Shown here one piece after another: positions 37,933 to 51,200 of a stretch of DNA of 64,000 bases. This DNA comes from Sminthopsis crassicaudata (lineage: Eukaryota), in NCBI RefSeq assembly GCF_048593235.1, contig NC_133618.1, forward strand, positions 497,507,675 through 497,571,674, given 5' to 3'. Within the stretch, counting starts at the first letter, position 1, and each line of letters starts with the position of its first letter. The translations under genes and the position numbers were made by a program. Below the pieces are notes generated by a model. That model was not told the DNA's origin. It saw only the letters and a program-made list of their open reading frames with translations, and ran no database searches.

Positions 37933-38519
37933 TGATGTGGATTAAGATTCCTTCCTAATTCCCAGCCCCCATGAATTCCAATGGGAGATATCCGGGCTCT
38001 GGGCTGTCCCAGCCCCCATTCTAATGATCTGCTCAGGTTTCCCAACCCCCACAAACAGCTTCCTCCTTATCTAAAAACCCATTGAATTCTATTCAAATTC
38101 TAACCCTGGCTGAATCTCAAGCCAGAGGCCAATCTGGGACTCCATCCAGGAGCCCCTTTAAATTATAAAAAAGAGAACCCTGGAGTCCACTCTTTGCAGA
38201 GCACCAAATATGGCATCCTTATGATGTCAAGGGTTTCTGCCCACCCAACCTGTAACTCCAGTACTCTCTTATCTCTTCCTTCAACTTTACTAACTAAACT
38301 ATACTTCCAAACCCCATAATAAACCTCTTTTATCAATCTAGGTTTTGGGGCCTATAAATTCCTTTACAGGGGACTCTGCGCTGCTACTAGACCTCATTTA
38401 ACTTTGTATTCTTGTGCCGAATCCAAAGGGGTTGCAGAGGAGCTCTATTTGATTCCCTGTACCCCAAACCTGCCACTAGATCTAATTTCATTTAGATACA
38501 CCTTACCTAATTCTCATCA
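37933..38519 (+). mobile_element. ERV solo LTR (about 587 bp)
   Basis: Termini tgatg...catca (TG..CA inverted repeat); TATA-like ttataaaa near 38163; AATAAA at 38318-38323; U3-R-U5 layout. No TSD recognised. Confidence 0.75.
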
Positions 38520-39480
38520 ATTATACATGTGAAGTCATGCAAAACATATTTCCATATTAGCTATGTTTGTATGTTTGTGGGAGAACCAAGAAAATAAAAG
38601 CACAAAAAAAAAAAAATGCTTCAAATTGTACTCAGAGACCATCTGGAAGTAGATATTTTTCATCATGAGTCCTTTAGAATTGTCATAGATAACTGTTTTA
38701 ATCAATGTAGATAGATCTTTCATAGTTGGTTATTATTACAATATTGCTGTTACTATGTATAATGTTCTCCTGATTCTATTCCATTTTACATCAGTTCATC
38801 AGAAGTCTTCCTAAGTTTTTTCTGAAACTATTCCCTTTATTATTTCTTGCAGAACAACAATATTCCATTCCAATTATATGCCATAACTTGTTCAATCATT
38901 CCCCAATTGATGGGCACTCTCTCAATTTTCAGTTCTTTCCTACCACAAAAAGAACTGCTATAAATATTTTTGTACATATGGATCCTTTTTCTTTCATCTC
39001 CTTGGAATATAAACATAATAGTGATATTACTAGAGGGTGTGCAGTTTTACAATGCCTTGGGCATAGTTTCAAATTTTTCTTTGGAATGGTTGGATCAGCT
39101 TCAATGGTACATTTATGTTCTGTTTTCCCACATTCTCTCCAATACTTATTTCCCTTTTCTGCCATCTTAGTTAATCTAATGGGTATCTCAGTTGTTTTAA
39201 TTTGCATTTCCCTAATTATTAGTGATTTAGTATATCTTTTCATATAATTGATAAGTTTATTTCTTCTGGAAACTACTTATTCATATCATTTGACTATTTA
39301 TCAATTGGAGAATTGTTCCCATTTGCATAAATTTGACTCAGTTTCCTAAATATTCAAAAAATAAGACCTTTTAATAGAGAAACTTGCTGTAATTCTCCCC
39401 TCCTCCAAGTTTCTAGCTTTCCTTCTGATTTTGGCTACATTTGTTTTGTTTGTGTAAAACCTTTTTAATTTAATGTGATC
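38520..39480 (-). mobile_element. Older L1 ORF2 end and 3'UTR fragment
   Basis: Minus ORF 38929-39243 contains KSLIIREMQIKTT and ICTKIFIAVLFVV. Confidence 0.85.
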
Positions 39481-40754
39481 ATCTATCCCCTTTGATACTG
39501 TCTATCACCCTCTTTTCATACCCTTTTCTCTCTAGATTTTCAAGACACTATTCTTTCTTCATTCTCTTCCTATTTGAGCCCTGTTCAGTCTCCTTTGCTG
39601 ATCTTCATCTAGCTCACATGCTCTAACTGTGGGTGTCCCTCAAGTTTCTATCTGGGACCCTTTTTTTTTTTTTACTATGTTAGTTGATGATCTTATCAGA
39701 TTTATGGATTCAATTCTCATCTCTATACTGGTGATTTTCAAATCTACTTATACATCCCTAATCTCTGATCTTCAGGCTCACATCTTTAATTGTCTATTAG
39801 ACATCTTGAATTGTATATCTTATGGGTGTCTTAAACTCAACATGCACAAAACAATTCATTATCTTTCTGCTAAAATTCTCCCCTCTTCCAAATGTTCCCA
39901 TTTCTGTCAAACGTACCACCATCTTCTCAGTCACTCAAGCCTAAAACCTACATATCATGTTTAATTCCTTACTATGTCTTACCTATCCTCTGTTGTCCTC
40001 TATCCATTTCACCATTGTAATTTCTTTCAAATATGATCCCTTCTCTCCTTTGATACTGTCACCACCCTGATAGAGGTCTTCAGCATTTACATCTGCATTT
40101 GAATCTACATTCATTCACATTTACAATATGTATTTCTATCTTATTGTATTGCACTTTTTTCCTCTGTCCCTAATCCCAATCTTTAAGAAGGTAATGAGTA
40201 AATATGCTTAATATTGGGTATCTTTGCTTGATGAAACTTTCTCTGCCCCTTTCTAGCCCAAATCCAATCACAGATTCTTGTCCTTTCTTTCCTCATACAT
40301 CTTTCTTTGATCTTGTCTTGAAGGGTTGAGTTGGAAGTGCAAGTGATGTCTGTTCCTACCATACTTTTTTTCTTTATAGTCATCTACTTGTCCCAAATGT
40401 GATCTAACACATTACCTTTAATGTAAACAGCCAAAAGTTCTATCACATGGGAAAACTTGGCACTATGCCTTCTGTTTCTATACCTGGCGCAAGGGTGGTG
40501 ATTTATTACTGCCCTTCTGTCACCAAGAACCAGTCTTGTGAGTAAACTTCCCAAATTAAGTGAAATAAATCCACATACAAAACCATACTGGTGTCTACTT
40601 CTTTTACCAATTCTTTCCCCTAAAGATCTCACTTTGTTTTAAAATGCATGCTTCATTTCAACCAGGAATTCTGGTTGACTTTATGGCCCAGGGGGTCTGA
40701 TCCAGCAATTTCTCAACCGGGTCTATATTCCCCCCAAAAAGGGGATGGAACTAA

Positions 40755-41110
40755 AATTTGAAGATGCCATCAGATGAGAGCAATGGCTGAATAAAATAGT
40801 ATATGAATGTAGAGATATATTGTTCTATAAAAAAAATGAACAGGTTGATTTCAGAAAAGCCTAAACTGATGCTGATTGTAGTGAGGATTATGTGATTTTG
40901 TGAATAGCTGTGATAACTTGGCTCCATCAGTGTGGTGGTAGTTTAGGGCAATTCCAACAGACGTGGGATGGAAAATGCCATCCACATCCAGACAGAACTA
41001 TGGAGCCTGAATGTGGATCATATTTTTATCTTTTTACGCTTTGTCTTGCACAAGATAAATGTGCAGTCCTTACATAAGAAAAACTAAATGCTATTTAAAA
41101 AAATTTTTTT
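40755..41110 (+). mobile_element. Degraded L1 3' fragment
   Basis: caatggctgaataaaatagtatatgaatgt...gatttcagaaaagcct...gaaaatgccatccacatccag. Confidence 0.7.
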
Positions 41111-44100
41111 GGTTTTGTATGTCCCTGGCTCAGTTTGTGTTCAGGTGACAATTGTTTATTGATTCTGACTGGAGCCTAGTAGACAGCTGTTGATCTCAGT
41201 CACTTGGAAGACAGCACAAGTACAAAACTGACAGGTTTATCCTTGGTCTGAGCTTCCTGCCCTGGTAACTTGATTGAATGAGAGATTACTTCAGAGCTAG
41301 AACATTTAAGCTCATTTCTGTACGTTTTACAGCCTGTTTCCCCATTTACTTGTGGTGAAATAATAGCTAATTTGTTCCTACTTACTATCCTATCCCACTA
41401 CCTATCTGGTGGATCAATTCTGATACCCAGGCACTAGAGTCCTGTGCAAGCCTTGCTGGTTAAAATTGGACCGTCCTCTCCCTCCCCATCTGCCATCTAT
41501 GTATGTTTCTGGGTTAGGAAAAGGAAGCAGTTCTCTCCTTAAGATCCCAATTACCATTCTATCCTGGTTTTTCTCCCTTTTTGTACTTGTGGAAGAGCCT
41601 GCTGTACTTAAAGTAACACCGTGGTTTCTCACAGCAATTGTCTATGCACAAACTGTTGCCCATTTTTCTGTACTTCGAACAGGCTTAGCTCTAAGCTCAC
41701 AAAGTCTGGAACAATCCTACAATCTATGCAAATATCAAGATATGTTGTTAAGCATTGGAGAAAACCATTAAAATAATTTCCTTATACCAAGAACAGGAAA
41801 CTACAGGGCACCAAACTGATGACTCTTGGAACTGAAGTAAAGCCAAAGTGGGGAGTGGGATGAAGATTTCCTTGAGCTGTCCCAATTAGCTTTAAGTGCA
41901 GAAAAAAATTAGCATCTTTAGTAGCAAAAGGAAATATAGAAGGGTGAGTGGTTCATAGCTTTCCCAATTGGGTTTCATGCAATCTCAGGTGCTAGTGGCT
42001 GCTACAACAAAGATCCCTCCAGGTTACCTACTTAGAAAAACCTACTAAAATTTCAATTACACTTTATTCTGGTTCAGGTTATACATTGATTTTGACACCT
42101 TTGACTTAGAAATTACTGAATCAACAGGAAAGGAAGTGTAATTTGTACCCCCTGTCATAACATAACAATGAATTTCTGGGAAATGTGAGCCTAAGAGTAA
42201 TGCTCTTTAGATATCCTTAGATAGGAATCTACCGAATGGAACACAGGTCAGGGAACTCTTTGCTTTGGTAGGTTTTGAGTACTACTCAAAAGTACAGCCT
42301 GACTGAAAACTGCCTCAAGGAGAGCCCCTTGACAAAAGCTATCATCTTCTCAAAAACACTTGAATGTGAAATTAACATGGGTAATATCAGGGCTCAAACT
42401 GATGTGATCGAGCTTCAGAATCAACAGCATATTGATGGGAGCAGTGATGTTTTTATCAAAGAGCCATTTTGATTTGATTTTATTGCACTATCACCATTCA
42501 TGGACTTGGTCATGTATGATAGGCCATATAGATCTTAAGTCAGAAACTGTCAATAGCAAAACATGGATTCTAAAGGGACCAATTACTCTTTGAAAATACT
42601 GTGGCCCAAAACACACAAACAGAATCAAAATATTTATTTTGTTCTTTTGCACATGGCACTGTTAGGCACTCTACAGCTGTGTAACAGCAAAACTGCCCTC
42701 AAGGAGCTTACACTCTAAAATGGACAAAAAATAAAAAATAAAATAAAATAAGAAAATCAATGCAGACACTGAATAAGGCATTTTGTAAAATGAAATGTGC
42801 TCTTCTATTGAAACATCTGACTGAAGGAAGCATAAGGGAGGACAGGGTCAAAATTAGAGGTGGGAAAGTGGCTGTATCTTCAGGTGACCACACATTCAAT
42901 GGGGAATCCGTTGGCAGCTAGAGGCAGGCTGGTGTGGCTCTCCAGCATAGAGGGAACCCCACAGTGGCATTCCAGTGGAAAGGAAATCTAGCGATCCTAT
43001 AGTGATGAGGAAAGAACTCAGGCCGTGTCCTACCTTTCCACAATGGTTGCCACTCACTGCATCTATCATATAACATTTGGATTCCTAGTACCATGTGCAA
43101 GGCACTATATCAGGTTCTGAGGGGAAACATCTGGGACTCTGAGAACACTGGGGATTTATGCATTCATGTATAGCTGTAATTCAGTTTTTCAACCCCAGAT
43201 TAGATGTAGAACTATTTTATACACATATATCTAGAAAACCACTCATTGTTTGTAAGCATGACCTCAACAGGCAAATTTGGTGTACTAGTGGATGACTGGT
43301 TTCTGTACTTGTAGAGCCCACACAGCAGTACATTTTGAGCTCTATAGGAGAGGGGAGGGCAGGGAGAGGGCCCTAAAAGGGGAAAGTACAAGGAGAAGCA
43401 AATGGTTTAAAATACTAAGGAGGAAGGACTGAAACAAGATGGATGAGGCTGTATATCACCAGAACCCAAATTCTCAGTTTGGAAGGAAAAACAGACATTC
43501 CAGTAATACAATCATTTCTTGTTAAATCCTTCAAAATACAGGCACAGACAAGAGACAAAACATACACATAAAATGTCCTGAATAGCATAAAATCTAAGAA
43601 AGTGAAGCTAGGGAATGTTTTTCCCTCTGGCAAGTTTAAATACAATTTGTTTTAATGGGTGTGGTCCCTTATCTCCCTGTCTAGGTCAAAATTCCTAGAA
43701 AGCAACAGGACTGAAACTGGTTTTCAGCACCATTATTATAGTTTTACTATTCCTTGACATTAATGTCAGATTATAGACATGTAAAATGTATAGCATTGGA
43801 CTGTGGAGGTCCTCCTTGGTAATTATCACATGCTCAGTTGATTTGAATCCCAGAAAGAAAATGATATAATTAGAAAGCACCATCAAGTTTTGGCTTTCAG
43901 CCCCAACTTAACTCCATTTAACTCAAAACCCTCAATAATCCCACATGGCTTTAAAAGTGCAAGGAGATGATTATCAATGAATAACATTGATGGTGCTGGC
44001 TGTCAGGTAGAGAATTCTGGAATGTACTCTCCAGCCATAGGCACTTCTAAGTGGCTTCTCAGGGAGCTGATTTGACAAAAAAAACTGCTGCTAAGCACTA

Positions 44101-45645
44101 ATAATGCCTCATAAAAGAATAATTTATGATAGTAAGTAGAGAAGAACTGAGAATAAAGACATAAACAAAGGGAATATTTATTCTTAAATAACTATGTTGA
44201 AATGTGCCAAGTTTCTTTATTAATAAGATTTTGGGAACCAAGTAACCTCAGAGAATGTATTCCGGAACAGACCTGGATAGGATCATAGTTTTAGAGCTAG
44301 AAGGGACCTTGGGTCATCTAGTCTGAGCCCCTTATTTTTCAGAAGGTGCAAGGAGGCTTAGTGACTCTAACAGGCATGCAGCAGAGGTGGGAAATAAGCT
44401 TTTTCCACTGGTAGCATTGCTCTGGGTCATGAAGCCCAGTGAGTTCCTACAAATCATAAATGGGTGTAACCTTTTCTAGGAAGAGTGTAGACTTTAAAAA
44501 AAAAAAAAAAAACAACAACCCATCAGCAGTTGTACTTTGTCTCTTATACCCTAGGGCATAGAGAGTATCAAGCACCAAGGAAGGCAGGATTAGAATAGCT
44601 CAGGAAGATTTATAGAGGTAGTTTGGACTTTTGCAAAGTAAGCTCAACAGCAAGAATGACCCCTTTTGAGAATATTGGGGAAGGAATCTTTCACAATGGC
44701 AATTCTTTTAGGCAATTAAGTCCTCAAATGAAAAAAAAAAAAAAATGGAGGCTGAACTAAAGGTCAAAATCAGTCCTTATTCTAAAGCTAAAGATAGATC
44801 TTGTATTATTTTCATACATTGCCCCGTGGGCCAAGACTGACAGGCTGGAGGAGGGGAGATTTCTCTAGTAAGAAATGGAGTTAAGGTGGAGCTAAGCAGA
44901 GTAACCTGGGAAATGCAATTATTTAGAAATGCCTCTCTTTTAAGTGAGGATTCCTGTGCTAGGGTCCCTATCCCAATAACTACTAGGGAACAAGAATGAG
45001 AATTTTCATTTCACAAAGCTATGAACAACTAAGGGAGCAAGATGAAAAGATGCCAATGGTTTTATTTGAATATATTTCCTATTAAGTTGATTGTCAATTG
45101 TGATTGGTGAGATCAGAATAAAAAAGTAAACAGAAGCTTCTGACCCAGAATGCTATTATTCAAGGGAACACATTTTTTATGCTTTCGCACTTTTATTCAA
45201 CTCATAAATCCTTCTTCAGATTTTCAGATTGCCATGCAACACTTCACACCTCAGTAAAGGCACACCCTATTGCCTCACTCAGTCCAACAAATAGTGTTAT
45301 GGGGTGGGTATGAATTACCCCTTCTGCATATGACTCAAAATTTTTTTTAAAAAATTAAAATTAAAAAAGGGGAAGTATATAATCAAGAAATCATTAGAAA
45401 AAAAAGGCTACCTTGATTAGTGGAGAACTGAGGATCTCAGTCTAGTAGCAGAAATCAACAGTTTGGGGAGGGCATCATCCAGCTTGGAGGTTAGTAAACA
45501 AACCTCCTTGATTTGTTGTCTATGAAAGTGATGGAAGGCAAGGGGCCATGGAGGGACAATGGGAGGACTTGGAAATCAACTCCCTCAGTCTCCGGTTACT
45601 TCCCATTGTGGTAAATAAGGCCACATCACATCCTAGAGTCTGACA

Positions 45646-45888
<243 letters not shown>

Positions 45889-46439
45889 CTAAGTGCTTAC
45901 AGTATATGTCATTCTACCCTCTTTCTCCATTGTTGCTGCCTCCTATAATTCAGTCTGTTATCAAAACAGTATAGTTGGCTAGTCAACTAATTAGGGTGAC
46001 TGAGCTATAAGTGTATACTCAAAGTGTAATTTTCACAATATTCACGTAGCTAATGATCCCCAAAGAATTACCTGGGTAATTTTGTATTTCAGTGTAAAGT
46101 AATATAAGTAATAAAAGCCTACAGTAAGTAGGCAGTTTTATTGTGTATATAATTTTGAATTTTAATCCTAAATGGAGGATGCTACTCCTTCACTATACTT
46201 TCTGTATTATATTTAGCAAAAGTTGCCCCTTCATGATTCTGTTATGTTTCATGCTTGTGAAATGATTCTTCCTTCCTCTGAACTAGCAGACTGGCCTGGC
46301 CATGTTATATAGCCCATTCTCCTAAGGACAACCATTGAAGCAGCAAGTTGTTTCTGTCCAACTGCTTACTGAACTGACTTGGTTCTCAGATTCATCCACT
46401 TTTTACTGAATCAAACAAGTTACTGAATCAAAACCCTTA

Positions 46440-46652
<213 letters not shown>

Positions 46653-46668
46653 CTACACAGGTGACAAG

Positions 46669-46699
<31 letters not shown>

Positions 46700-47107
46700 G
46701 CCCAGTGATAAAGACTCAGAAGAGTGTCAGAAGAATGGCAATTATGAAATTAGGGATAAAGCCTTGATGAAATCCTTTCCAACCAATTCTATTTCCTTGT
46801 ATCCAAAGACATTAGGGAAATTCCCATCTAGCATTTAAATCAGCCTCACACAGGTACTGAGCATGCCCAACGAGCAAAAGGTAATTAATTCAGTACAATA
46901 TGAAGAATGATTTTTGTGTGATTTAAGGATAGGGTATTTTCCCCAGTGGGGTTATAATATATGCCCTAATACTATAGGGTTGTAAGCAATATAGTTGACT
47001 AATGTTTTGTAACTGGGATTCCAAGATGACTTCTTACAAATTTCCTTACTCCTTCACAGAAACTATTCCTATGCAACAATGAAGAGATGAATGAAGCTTG
47101 GACTTAC

Positions 47108-47180
47108 CCCCAGGTGTATTGATCATCAATCCAGAAAACAGCAATTCCACATTCTTATAGCCAAAATAGAAGGTCATGGG
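47108..47180 (-). CDS. SLC31A1: SLC31A1 exon 3 ([24 protein letters not shown])
   Basis: ctgacag acceptor and gtaagt donor; 73 nt. Confidence 0.98.
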
Positions 47181-47597
47181 CTGTCAGAATAAATGACAAA
47201 GTTAGATTTAGAATCAAACCTAAAACTCCAAGTGAGGATGTAACAGTGAAATTTTAAACACTGGTTTAAAGGAAATCATGAACAAGGATTAAGTTGGATT
47301 CTTTTCTCTACTTCAATCTTGGTACAGCCATGTAAGCCTTTTTAATGGCATACTTGCCTATATCATGGCAGAGTATACAGCAAAAAAAAAAATTTAGAAG
47401 GCAGCACAGACAAGTGGGGTTGTATAGAATGTTTGTGTAGTTTTGGAGTTAAAAAAGGGCAGGAAATTCTAGACGTGGGGGAAAACTTGGAGACCTGAGA
47501 TTTAGCTAAACTGTCCTGTGCCATTTTTGCCCGTTGATCAACAAATCATACAAATCATTCAGTTCTAATATTGGTGGGAAGATTCATGTTTACTCAC

Positions 47598-47738
47598 CAT
47601 CATCATGCTTTCTCCTCCTCCTCCTCCTCCATGACCTCCATGACCTCCATGAGAGGCTGTAGTGGATGCATGATGGGGAGGCATAGTGCTATTGTCATTC
47701 ATATGGCTCATACCATGCATATGGTGTGCGTGGCTCAT
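47598..47738 (-). CDS. SLC31A1: SLC31A1/CTR1 first coding exon (MSHAHHMHGMSHMNDNSTMPPHHASTTASHGGHGGHGGGGGGESMMM); high-affinity Cu(I) importer, 194 aa
   Basis: ATG at 47738; gtgagt donor; acceptor ctcatag at 47774-47775 gives 35 nt of 5'UTR. His/Met-rich ectodomain. Not in the supplied ORF track because it is shorter than 60 aa. The four exons sum to 585 nt. Confidence 0.96.
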
Positions 47739-48172
47739 CTTCCTAGCAAAGGTTGAAGATCAATAGCAGAATCCTATGAGAGAAAGTATTAAAGTATAAA
47801 TCTATAGTGTAGTATACTTTATTATATTATTATATTAAAGTATAAATCTACAATCTCTTCAATATTTAGGAAACCAAAATGTCTTCAAAATTTCTAAATT
47901 TGTAAGAGTCTAATAATTTAGTAGTTTAATGAATCAGATTTTTAAAAAGTGTAAAAGAATATCCAAGGTAGAAATATGTCTAAAGGAATTAACATTTAAG
48001 GGTTTCAAAAAAATTAACTTGAAAGTGTTCAAGTGGATTTGGGTAACTTCTAAAGCTTGTTCCAATAACCAGTGAAGGTGATTAAAAATATTAATTCTAA
48101 TTGGCAGACCTAAACTTAATCAGAATAAGTCTCTTCCATCCTGGACTTCCAGATTTAAGTGATTTTGTTCTG

Positions 48173-48247
48173 GGGGAAAAGGTTTGTTGCTGCCCTAGGC
48201 AAGCTGAATCACTCAGCTTGCCTGGGACAGCAACAAACCTTTTTCTC
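48173..48247. repeat. Near-perfect inverted repeat (35-bp stem including wobbles, 5-nt loop)
   Basis: aaaaggtttgttgctgccctaggcaagctga-atcac-tcagcttgcctgggacagcaacaaacctttt. Confidence 0.95.
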
Positions 48248-51200
48248 ATCAGGATAATCTGAATGTAGTAGAGTGCAGCACAGAAAGCAAAAAGCTATTG
48301 GAATTGATTGGGTTTTCCCAAATTGAATTAAGTAGAAACTTGTGTATCCTGTCTAATAGTCATCAACCCAGTTCATACATGGTGACCCAACAATGTCCCA
48401 ATTCCTAAGTTGCTAAAGGATATATCCCCTTTATGTTCCTCTGGTACTAGCAATGCAAGACTTGTCATAATGGATTTTAGTGAGGCTTCTCCATTCTCTC
48501 TGTGAATGATTTCATGATCAAGTGACATATCTCCAACATACAACTGATATGTCAGTTCCACTATAGATGATATGTAGTCAATTACAAGATGCTATAACAC
48601 TCGAAATCTGGCATTAGTATTACTATGTTAATGTGGCATTACTATTTGTGGCTGGTCTTCACTCAAGAAGCCAATCATAGAAATGGACCCAAAAATAGAA
48701 AGTGTTTTCTAATTTTCTATTCTCCAGCATTTGTTGTTAGACATAAAACAGTCAACTAGTCTAATTTTCACACTGCTACTATGGAAACTAGGCCAAATGA
48801 ATTATATCACCTTATCTTTTCTCCCTTTATATACATCTATTGTGACCTTATCATTTTCAAAAAGGAAACAACTTGTTGCAGCTACAAAATGATACCATGT
48901 TATTAGGCAACCGATTTTCACACCAAAATCATACATTCAGTATGCCAACGTTGCTGAATTCAGATTACAAATACAGGGTTGTCTGAGAATTACTTGGTGT
49001 AAGCTAATAAAACTTCAAAGTGCATTAAAACTTCTGGGACAAGCTACATTCTAGAAAGCTGGATTAGAGGAATATCCTTGTCCTTCCTTCTCTGGAATGT
49101 GGAAAAGTTAGCTGTTAAGTTAATTCTTCACACCATTCCTACATCACAGGATCACAGGCCATGCTTTTCCAAAAAAGAAAACTTTGAGGAAGTAATATTA
49201 GCAAAGTACAGGAACTTTTTTCCATATTTTTCCCACTAGGTTCTTCCTTTTCTCCATGATAGCACTCAGAAGCATACACAACCTCTCCCCTATACAAAGA
49301 AGCCCTCCCTAGTGGCTCCTTTCCAACAGAATTTACACTTACAGGTAGTTAGCTACTTTTAGCTTTTCACCTGAATTGATCTCAGAAACACCAAGTTTCT
49401 TCCAGAATAAAACTGGGAGTGAAGGAGAGAATAAATCAAAGTCCAGACAGTCACAGCAAATTTGTTGTCTTTACCTGCAGTCTAAAAGGAATAGTTTAAT
49501 CTCATGGTAATCATGAGCTGTAAGCTGCATGTCTCTGGTTTATTCAATTTCCTCCTCTGCTGGCTTTAACTATTTCCTTCCCAAGGATTGCCTGAGGCCC
49601 AGTTCAGTCAGGTATACCAAGGATCAAGGTGATATCTTGACAGAATCCAGTCTTTACAGAATCCTCACTTTACAATGTAATGCTAAATGAATGAGCCATT
49701 ACTATGATTTCAGGAGATTCACTAATACTTTCCATTTCTCTTGCTGGCCTTTTGTTTTTTCTTGGTTTCCCCTTCTCAAATATGCCAAGAATTTTAATTT
49801 GATCATTAAAATTAAATTTAAATGCCCTCCTAGTATCTGTCCTAAAAAATGTGTCTATACTATACTTATCTATATTACTATCACCATTTTATTCATTTAT
49901 TTAATTTTTTATTATTCCACTGACCTAATCACTATTTCTTAGCCAGTATCAAATGGTTGATGATTCACTCCATAATATAATGGTTTTAGACCATTTCCAA
50001 CTTCTTGATTTTTGACCTTGTTTTTCCAGGTGAATTTTGTTATTTTTTCCTAGCTCTGTAATATTTTAGGAATATTGTGGAATCTCCAAAATTCTCAGTA
50101 TGGCATTGGAAAATAGCTTAATTCAGTTCATTTTTCCCTAAAGGCCTACCCATGAGCAATTCTTTTTATTTGCTTAGATTTGACTTTATTTCCATGAATG
50201 TTTTGCAACTGTACTCCTGGGTTTGTCTTGACTGGTAGGATCTTTTTTCTGGATCTACTATAACAAGTTCTAAGGTTTGGATTTCATTTACCAAGTGAAG
50301 GTTGGTTCTGTCTCACTCATGGATAATCTCTTGAAGGAAAAAGCAACCATCAATTATCTGCCTCTTCCCCAAAGATTCAGGAAAAGTGGGACTACAGTGA
50401 GCATTAAGGAAAATTTATGCTGAGTTCTAGCTTCCATTTCCCTCTTCTACACTTGCATTTTATACTCAGCTTCTCCTTAACTCATCAGCAACTAGGAAGC
50501 ACAATTTCAATCCTTAGTCACTGTCTCCAATGGACACAAATTTAATTATCTGCATAAATTAAGTTATTATGTTTGCTTCTAGAGACAGCCAGATGGCCTG
50601 AAGATCTGGAAGATTTCAGACACTAGCTGTGGGACTCTGCCTTAATCCACTAAAAGTAAATGGCAAAGCAAAGCACTCCAGAATCTTTGCCAAGAAAACC
50701 TCAAATAGGATCAAGAAAAGCCAGTTATGCCAACAAACTTGCTTTTGCTGATCTAATCACTAACAATGCTGACAGATTTTGATATAATTTCATTGTCTAC
50801 AAAACATCTCAAATGGGATTATTTCCAATCCCAGAGTAGTACATTTCCAGCCAGAGAGCAGTTTTGGAATAAACAGTACTGTATGCTCCACATCTAAAAA
50901 ATGAGAAGCTTGATCTATGACTCAAATGATTTTCCAATCTAGATATACAGAAATAATCATAAGTCCAAGTATCTACTTAATTAAAAACCTGGAAACCTGG
51001 GTTCAAAGCCCACTTTTCCTCATCAAGATTAATTCTGATCAAGGTCAAGATTAAAATTAATCCAAGACAACCAAGAACAAAGTTGTCAGTGTTTCCATGC
51101 CAGTATATCCCCAAAACAATAATGTCTAATTAAATATTACTGCAAGCACATAAAAGGACAAAGATCCAAGATCATGTTGACAAACCTGAGGACCCTGCAA

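Larger units (their letters stand above)
33180..40100 (+). mobile_element. Fragmented ancient L2 (pieces about 33180-33680, 36230-36590, 37170-37260, 37450-37880, 39490-40090) interrupted by younger elements
   Basis: Successive pyrimidine-rich L2 ORF-like segments appear in 5'-to-3' order on one strand. The assignment is from recalled similarity. Confidence 0.55.

Noticed and set aside
42000-45645. Iron-responsive element or exact poly(A) site in the SLC31A1 3'UTR
   Set aside because: The CAGUG loops I checked lacked flanking stems. Several AATAAA candidates exist and none can be chosen without 3'-end data.
47571-47756. Plus-strand ORF MVGRFMFTHHHHAFSSSSSS...
   Set aside because: Antisense shadow of the real SLC31A1 first coding exon on the minus strand.
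49475-49600. Possible extra 5'UTR exon in SLC31A1 intron 1 (minus CAG|GTAAAG donor)
   Set aside because: The acceptor is weak and there is no independent support; such donors are frequent by chance.
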